Assembly: GCA_964016885.1 (NCBI GenBank)
Contig: OZ024742.1
Location: 174,282,001-174,346,000, forward strand
Direction: 5' to 3'
DNA length: 64,000 nucleotides
Source of the DNA: Eledone cirrhosa
Lineage: Eukaryota
Under the pieces are notes generated by a model. The model had not been told where the DNA came from and searched no databases. It saw only the letters and a list, made by a program, of their open reading frames with translations. The position numbers and the translations under genes were made by a program. Below, piece by piece: positions 55,695 through 64,000 of the stretch (positions are counted from its first letter, which is position 1; every line of letters begins with the position of its first letter).

Positions 55695-57604
55695 ATATAA
55701 CTGAAGATATGAAGACGGGTAAGGCGGCTGGGCCTTCGGAAATAGTAGCTGAAAGCATCTGGAACGGTGGGACACACTATGGTCACCCGGATAGTAAACC
55801 AAGTCATACAGAATGGGGTCGTTCCAAAGGACTGGAATAGCAGCATCATCATTAACTGCTACAAGGGTAAAGGAGATGCCCTAGATAGGAGTAACTATAG
55901 AGGCATTAAATTAATCGACTAGGTCATGAAGGTCACAGAAAAAGTAATAGCCAACTAATCAGAGAGCGAATTGATCTAGATGAAATTCAGTTCGGGTTTG
56001 TGTCAAGTAAAAGTACCACTCTTTTCATTGTACGACAACTACAGGAGAAGTACCTAGCTAAAAGTAAACCCCTATACTTAGCTTTTGTTGACTTGGAGAA
56101 AGCCTTTGACAGAGTCCCCCGCTCCATTATCTGGTGGGCTCTTAGTAAACTAGGTGTTGATTAATGGCTTGTAATAGCTATACAAGCCATGTATAAAGAA
56201 ACAGTCAGCAAGGTTAGAATTAACAACGAATATAGTGAAGAGTTTAGCGTAAAAGTTGGTGTTCATCAGGGCTCCGTTCTTAGCCCCCTACTATTTATTA
56301 TTGCCCTTCAAACTATAACAGAGGAGTTCAAGACTGGCTGCCCATGGGAACTCCTATATGCAGATGATCTAACGCTCATAGCTGAATCAATGGCTGAACT
56401 AGAGAAGAAATTCCAAACATGGAAGCAAGTCCTAGAATCAAAAGGCCTTAAAATTAACCTGTCTAAGACTAAAGTTCTAGTTTGTAGGAAGGAAAATAGG
56501 GCACCGGTCCTATCTGGGAAATGGCCATGCTAAGTGTGTAGGAAAGGAGTAGGCAGAAACTCCATTTTATGTCCCAAATGCAAAGTATGGGCGCATAAAA
56601 GATGTAGTGGGATCACAGGTAAGCTAACTAAGAATATAGATTTTATATGTAGCCGGTGCTTTGGTGCAATAAGTAGCGGCAAGTACCCACAGAATACTAG
56701 CTCATTCCATTGCACAGATGGTTCTATAGAAATAGTGGACACATTCCGTTACCTGGGTGACAAAATCAGCAGTGGTGGAGGGTGCTCCAAAAGTACCGTA
56801 GCTAGAGTCAAAATGGGATGGAAAAAGTTCAGAGAGCTTATACCACTATTTGCCGCTAAAGGGTTCTCTCTAAAAATGAAAGGCAGGCTTGTATGATGCC
56901 TGCATACGAACAGCAATGTTACATGGCAGTGAGACTTGGGAATTGTGTGCAGAGGATATACGCTGACTGGAGCGGAACGAAGCTTGCATGCTCCGCTGGA
57001 TGTGTAATAGTAATATACGTGAATGGCAAAGCATAAACGAACTAAGGGAGAAATTAGGAATAAGAGGGATCAGATGTTGTTTACTCGAGAGAAGACTACG
57101 TTGGTACGGTTACGTGATGTGCATGAAAGACGACAGCTGTATAAAAAAGTGCAGGGCGATAAAAATAGACGGTAGCCACGGAGTGGGCAGACGCAGAAAA
57201 ATCTGGGACGACTTGATAAATTCCGACCTCACACACTTACACCTCTCCAAAACAAATGGCACTGGATCGAGATCTTTGGCGCTACACAGTAATATAGAAG
57301 ACCCGCCTTGCCTAAGTACAAAGCGAAACCTACAGTCAGTAGGCATCTCTAACAAAAACACACCCCTGTCCCATCCACACTACCCCTTTCAATGTAAAGT
57401 TATGTTGATACAACAACATCCAGTCCGAAACAACGACAAAAAAACCCACAGTCCACGCTCTAATGTGACGTGGTTGGTGTTAGGAAGGGCATCCAGCCAT
57501 AGAAAACCCGCCAGACAGTCATATACGAGCAAGACAACCAATCTTGCCTCAAGTGGGAAAATTCCTGTCCAAACCCATGCAAGCGTGGAAGATGGATGTT
57601 AAAC

Positions 57605-57632
<28 letters not shown>
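55693..57632 (+). mobile_element. 5'-truncated RTE-clade LINE (RT, PHD-like insert, 3' UTR, (GAT)n tail)
   Basis: NYRGIKL, FVDLEKAFDRV, GVHQGSVLSPLLF, LLYADDL, FRYLG, RRLRWYG; premature stops. Confidence 0.95.
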
Positions 57633-57635
<3 letters not shown>

Positions 57636-57737
57636 TGTAGAACATATATAAACTTATTTGAACAGATTATAAGTTTAAAGTAGTGATTCCGGGCTTAAAT
57701 TTGTAAACTGTTCAAATAAACAAATATATAGAAATAT

Positions 57738-58089
57738 GGAGGCACATGACTTAGTGGTTAGAGCATTAGCCTTGCAATCAAAAGGATGTGAGTTCAATTC
57801 TCAGACCGGGTGATGTGTTGTTTCCTTGAGCAAGACACTTTATTTCACATTGCTCCAGTTTACTCAGCTGTAGAAATGAGATGATAGGGACTGTGGTCTA
57901 TATCACTCCACTGCAAAGTGGTCGTGGAGGTGCCATGGCAAAAAAAGCACCCAGCACTCACTGTAAATGAGGTTGGTGTTAGGAAGGGCATCCAGCTGTA
58001 GAAATCAAGCCAGAATCAGTTCCTGTCTCACCCTTGCAGGCAGGGAAAAAGTGGACGTAAAATGAAATGATGATGATGATGATGATGAT
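57738..58089 (+). mobile_element. tRNA-derived SINE family A with RTE-type tail
   Basis: A box TGACTTAGTGG, B box GAGTTCAATTC, core CCTTGAGCAAGACACTT, tail CCCTTGCAGGCAGGGAAAA..(GAT)n. Confidence 0.8.
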
Positions 58090-58188
58090 ATTTGTTTTTC
58101 TTCTAAAGTCATTTCTTGTCCCCTCTCCTGAAAAAAGCAAGAAAGGGCCATAGTTGTCCCCTTCCCTCTCTTTCTCTGTATATATATA

Positions 58189-58453
58189 TCATCATCATCA
58201 TCATCATCATCATCATTTTACGTCTGCTTTTCCTTGCTTGCAAGAGTGGGTTGGGTCCTATTCAGCACAGCATTTCTCCACTTGTCACGGTCCTTCGTCA
58301 TCTCCTCCGTGAGTTTCAGCGATCTGAGGTCTGCTCTCACCATCTCCACCCATGTTTTTCGTGGTCTACCTCTACTGCGTATTCCTTCTACTGGGATTTC
58401 TTCGTATTTCTTTACCCAGCAGTCATCCTCCATACGCATCACATGTCCATGGT
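58189..58453 (-). mobile_element. RTE LINE 3' end, same subfamily as 46713-47513
   Basis: GHVMRMEDDCWVKK..RGRPRKTW; (CAT)n on +. Confidence 0.9.
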
Positions 58454-58474
58454 ACGAATAAAAGCACCCAGTCC

Positions 58475-58602
58475 ATGCTGTAAAATGTAGGAGTGGAGAG
58501 GGCCCCTGAGTCCAGTAAGACGACCTCTCTAGTGTTGGTGGCACAAATAAAAGCACCTAGTCCATGCTGTAAAATGGAGGGGTAAAGAGGGCCCCTGAGC
58601 CC

Positions 58603-58634
<32 letters not shown>

Positions 58635-58762
58635 TATGTAATATATATATGTATATATATATATTACACAACACATATATATATGGGCTTTTATTTGTGC
58701 CACCAACACTAGAGAGGTCGTCTTACTGGACTCAGGGGCCCTATCCACTCCTCCATTTTACA

Positions 58763-58766
<4 letters not shown>
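58475..58766. repeat. Long nested inverted repeat
   Basis: 58475-58554 is nearly the reverse complement of 58688-58766; inner palindrome ~58599-58689. Confidence 0.9.
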
Positions 58767-58806
<40 letters not shown>

Positions 58807-59289
58807 ATGTATACATGCATACTGCATTGATATCTATGTATATAGATATAATCTTCTGCCGGCCTTTTCAAATTACATTGATCACCATGTAAAGAATATA
58901 TGACTGTTCTGAATGTAAGTCCTTTTCTTTCAAACATTGCCATATATATTTTCACTTCTCTATTTCGTCCTGATTCCCTAAATCTTATTTTCTCTTTTAC
59001 GATTGCTCCTATGATCATAAAGGTTCTATTCTTTCAACATGTACTTTTTTTTTTGCCTGTTTCTCTTCTAAATTAGTCTCCCCTGTCTTCATTTGAACAC
59101 ATCTCCTGTCCCCTCCTCATCACCAGCAGCAGCTTTAGACCAATCAAACAATCAGTATCTCACCAGGATAAGTGAAATAGTTTTGGCAGGTTAGAAAAGG
59201 AGCTGAAATATCTCACAATGTTCACAAATATGTCTAGAAGACCATGCAAACTCTACATCCCAGACACAGGAGTTCAAATCCTATACTAA

Positions 59290-59708
59290 TTGGTTGCACA
59301 AAAGATGTAGTGGTATTGCTCGTTGGCTAGCAAAGCATGTAGGGTTTGTACTTAGCCAATGCACAGGAACAGTAAACAAAAAGAGCTCACAGAAAATGGT
59401 TCAATCAAATGCTCAGAGAGCTCTCGAGAGATAGTTGATAGCTCCTGCTACCCACAGGACCAAATTAGTATTGATGGTGGGTGTTCTGATAGTACAGAAG
59501 CCAGAGTAATGACTGGCTGGAAAACGTTCAGGCAGCTACTACCACTGTTAGCTACAAAGAGTCTTTCCCTAAGAGAGAAAGGCAGATGGTATGATGCTTG
59601 CATGTGAATGGAAATGCTATATGGTAGTGTGACTGGGGTTTTGTGTATGGACGACTGATGAAAATTGGAAAGAAATGAGGCAGCATGCTTCAATGGATGT
59701 GTAATGCC
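59290..59708 (+). mobile_element. Old RTE LINE fragment
   Basis: ARVMTGWKTFRQLLPLLATKSLSLREKGRWYDAC. Confidence 0.82.
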
Positions 59709-59867
59709 TTAGCAGGGTGGTAATGTCTTCAACACAGCTGATATGACTATGAAAATCTAGAAATCCTGTAGATGAATTTGAGAAATTTACTGTTCCAAGA
59801 CAGCTACAAGGAACTCCTATGAAAATGTGTAAAAAAAAAATGTTAAGTCAAATCTGAAATACAGCTG

Positions 59868-60050
<183 letters not shown>

Positions 60051-60382
60051 GCACCTACATGTGTGTCAATGTCTTCATCCAGTTGACAAAACATTAACAG
60101 CTTATGGGAAAGTATCTAACGACAAAATGAAGGATTTACTTTGCTTCAAGAATTCTTGGCAGATATTCTGATTGGAATATTAAAACTTATACACAAGAAT
60201 AAGAAAAAACAACAGCTTCTTTAAAAAGTATAATATATGAAGCTATGATAGGGTTGACCAGACATAAAAGCACCAAATATTTCTTGGCACATTATTCAAA
60301 TGGACTTCGGAAAATATAAAGAAAATAAATAGAAAAGCAACCAACAGCGAAAAAATTGTTTTTAATTTTAATAATTTTATTT

Positions 60383-60507
60383 TCTCTCTCTCTCTCTCTC
60401 TCCCTCTCTCCCTCTCTCTCTCTTTCTCTCTCCGTCTCTCACTCTCTCACTCTCATAATATTCACACATACATTCCCCATGAACACACACACACATATAT
60501 ATATATA

Positions 60508-60551
<44 letters not shown>

Positions 60552-60810
60552 TACACAGCATCATCATTCCATGCTTGACACAGATCCAGATATTTGATAT
60601 ATGTGTATATATGTATATATACTCATAAGTTTATGTATATGAATGCCTGTAAAGAGGATATATACATACAGATATTTATATAAATATATATATTGATACA
60701 TATACTATAGCTATAATTATCTATCTATTGGTCTTTCTCTCAGACACATACATATATACTTATTTTTATACGCTGTGAGTGTGTGTATATGTATGTTTTT
60801 ATATACATAT

Positions 60811-60850
<40 letters not shown>

Positions 60851-60957
60851 ATACATATATGTATACAATGCTATATATATACACTATATATATATATACA
60901 TATATATATATACACATGTATAATATATATATATGTATGTATACATATGCTTTTTAT

Positions 60958-61012
<55 letters not shown>
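60383..61012. repeat. (TC)n/(TA)n microsatellite-rich zone
   Basis: Direct. Confidence 0.85.
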
Positions 61013-61016
<4 letters not shown>

Positions 61017-62666
61017 AGGCTTATACTTCATACTTATACACTGGTCTTAGAAAAATATTTCTACTTACTATTCGTGCAATCTCCATATTAGTAAATGCCC
61101 TGTCTTCACACCATTACCTAATAATCAATAAACTATATCCTTTTGCTATTTTTTTTATTCTTCTATTTACAGCTAATATTTCATTTCTGACAGCCTATTC
61201 CCTTCACTTAAATATTCCAATCTTTGCAGCATAATGCCAATATTTGGATGTTTTTCTCCGTTTGTACTTTCTTCACAGATATTCACAGAGCTTTATACAT
61301 ATTGCATTGGTATTAAAGCTGCCACAAAGCATTCTATATATTGATAGAATTATCTATCCTAATTTCTCGATCTTCTGATTGAATAAGGAATTCTTTCATA
61401 TATTTTACTGATTTCGTTTGCTTCATTTTCTTTTCCTATATTTTCTTTCTTTTTTCTTCTTTTCCTATTAATCTACTTTAAATCCTCCAAATTTGCTTTG
61501 CAATTCTTGCTGAATATTATTTTACATAATAGCACCACTGGTAATCTTCCATACATTTTGCCCTTTTGCATTGCCATCTTATCGATGCAATATAATTCCA
61601 TGTAATTCCACTTCCAATAAATGTGCTGAATTTAAAGAAAAGGAGAAATTTATCCTCTACAGAAATGAAATGTGAGATATTTTACATCTGTCTTCATAAT
61701 TGTTCTGTTTAGTTCTAGGTTTTCTAACAAATTTCCTTATTGCATTCAGTTAAACAACTTTTCGTTTGCTAGATACAGATAGGCAGGCGCTTGATGTGAG
61801 CAGCACTTTAACTGAACACGTTTGAATGTGGGATTATATATAACGTTGTGTGTTATGTATATGAGAGGTTATATTTATATATTGACATATGCAGTCATAT
61901 GTGCACAACTGAGTGCATGCAGTTTTTTATCTATATGTGTGTGTGTACTTATCCATCTCTTTTCAATGTATTCAGATTTTATTTCTTTCATGACAGCTGT
62001 TACATGCTCTGTGGGCAAAGCTGCAAGTGCAAAGTGACATATTCTTATTTCAAATCTAAGATGTTTCTACCTATCAAGTAATGATCAGGGAACATTTTAA
62101 TAGACCACATTACTGTTTAGACAGAGCAGAAAGCAGAAACTATAAACATTGAAACATTTATTATCAATGCTTTCAAATTTAACATTTCTGTAGTATTTAT
62201 TCTCTCTATTTTTGAGTTAACACACAGAAGCCATGTACTGCATGAAACCACATTGGCAAGACATTCTTGAAAAATACAGCACACCGAGGAAAGTTTTTAC
62301 TCTAACTTTGCAAACTTTCGCAATGATCTGGCATACTAATTGAATTAACAAACTTATTTTTGAATATTTTCTACTAAATGATTACATGATGTAGAGTTAA
62401 TTAATGTTTTTAACTCAAAAATTCTTTCTTAGCTGATCCCTATTCGTACAGCCCACACAAAATGAACTAATGAGAGTGACTATGGAAGCTTTACTAATAT
62501 CAAATTATAAGCCAAACATTAACACCCATAGTTTCCTCTAAAGATAAGACTGGAAGTATAGTAGATGGGTAAGATATATATTGTGTTATTAGTTTAAATG
62601 ATCTTTCTGTGTTGGGACCTCAAATCCTCAAAATGCCTCGATGATGAATGATATATATATATATAC

Positions 62667-62722
<56 letters not shown>

Positions 62723-62724
<2 letters not shown>

Positions 62725-63335
62725 CAAATGAAGAATTAGAAATAGAAGTCCGGAATATCCGTCATCAGTGGTCTACTAGCCATCATAGGTATTTCTTTGC
62801 ATTACAGACCATATACCTCAAACCAGGGCGATACAATAACTAAATTAAGTTATTGGGATAAAAAGAGTTGGGTGGAGAAAGAGAGGCAGGTAAACAAATA
62901 CGAATGAGAAAATCAAGTCAATAATTCATTTTGAACATAAGAAATTGTGAATATTGACGAGAAGGCAAAGACACATCTTGGCCGTGCGGATGTGAGTGAG
63001 GAAAGAATCTCGTACGGTGTGGGACGATGGAGGAAGTGAGAGAGAGGGTGAGTAGCAGATAGTGAGTCAGTGAAAGTGTGAGAAAAAGGCTAGCAGAGAG
63101 AGAGAGACTAGCAGAGGGGGTGAGTGAAAGTAAGGGGCAGAAGGAGAGATAAAGGGGAGAGAGAAAGAGGATAGCAGTAAAGGAAGAGAAAAAGACAGGT
63201 CACAGCGAAAGGGAAAGCATATATGAATGAAAGATGGCGAGCTGTGTTGTTGCATTTAGGATATATATAATAAATTAAGAATTAGAAATAGAAGTGTTTC
63301 TGGGTATCACCCTTCATCAGTACAGCTCACTGTTC
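62723..63335 (-). mobile_element. Probable tandem Penelope-like 3' ends/pLTRs with two partial hammerhead motifs
   Basis: 19-bp direct repeat AAGAATTAGAAATAGAAGT at 62731 and 63277, each next to a minus-strand CTGATGA + hairpin and a TA tract. Confidence 0.55.
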
Positions 63336-63393
63336 ACCTGCCAAACTGTCAGAGCTATTGAAAATATATGCTATTTTCAGAAATACACAGTAA

Positions 63394-63492
63394 CTGATCA
63401 GCCTGATTTTCATTTTAGTAGACTGGCTGATCAGTCAGATTTGCATATTAACAGATCCACTGATGAGCCAGATTTGCATATCAGCAGACTGG
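63394..63492. repeat. 3 x 33-bp tandem repeat
   Basis: CTGAT[C/G]AG.C.GATTT[T/G]CAT.T.A..AGA units. Confidence 0.8.
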
Positions 63493-63612
63493 CCAGTCAT
63501 TTTCCTGTACACGAGTGATAAATGGCCGGCTTTGCCAAATTCAAATAAAAAAGAAAATTTCGCTCTACATGGCTGAATACAATAAATGTAATCTGAGTTT
63601 TTCGAATATTAA

Positions 63613-63800
63613 TAATTGTTTCTACTTTTTGCACAAGGCCAGCAATTATCCCAGTGTATTACTGGTACTTTATTTTATCGACCCCGTAAGAATGAAAGGC
63701 AACGTTTTCCTCGGCGGGATTTGAACTCAGACCATAAAAGGCCGTAACTTTTTGCTGCAAAGCATGGCGTCCGACCCTCTACCGATACTGCCAATCCACC
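63613..63800 (-). mobile_element. Full-length SINE family B
   Basis: Close match to 47559-47748. Confidence 0.88.
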
Positions 63801-63818
63801 ATTCGATTTGTTTGCAAT

Positions 63819-64000
63819 TATGCAAACAAGCCTCAATTGTATAGCCATGTCAGTAGAATGAACACTTCATTATTGCTCTTGTTTTGGCATGCGGACCCAG
63901 AAACATTAGTGTCTGTAGTTCTGTTCGCATGCCAACACAAGAGCAAGAATGAAGTGTTCATTCTACTGACATGGCTATAAAATTGAGGCTTGTTTGCATA
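63819..64000. repeat. Long fold-back palindrome (~80-bp arms), may extend past the window
   Basis: TATGCAAACAAGCCTCAATT...GCATGCGGAC / GTTCGCATGC...AATTGAGGCTTGTTTGCATA. Confidence 0.92.

Noticed and set aside
57738-57812. tRNA gene
   Set aside because: A and B boxes present but it continues into a SINE body with no proper cloverleaf
61030-61720. Possible ancient LINE remnant on the minus strand
   Set aside because: Only compositional hints; no diagnostic motif recovered by eye

Overview
AT-rich, repeat-dominated eukaryotic non-genic or intronic DNA; the SINE/RTE repertoire suggests an octopus-like cephalopod (inference). No host protein-coding gene can be supported. About 26.5 kb (4.6-31.2 kb) is one 21-bp minisatellite, (ACA)4-[C/T/G]TA-ACA-GTA, with internal block duplications, a 200-N gap and an indel-rich zone after the gap. 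Its giant ORFs arise because four of six frames lack stops. The rest is decayed transposable elements: a near-complete Penelope-like element (RT + GIY-YIG) with inverted pseudo-LTRs, a second Penelope 3' fragment with a 5' fold-back, a Helitron helicase remnant, RTE LINEs, four co-oriented R4/Dong-like elements, two tRNA-SINE families, piggyBac-like MITEs and microsatellites. The most notable hidden signal is a set of hammerhead-ribozyme motifs: three complete-looking and three partial. Two carry a 78-nt stem-II expansion, and one partial pair sits 552 nt apart in a retrozyme-like layout. Several long fold-back palindromes are also present.
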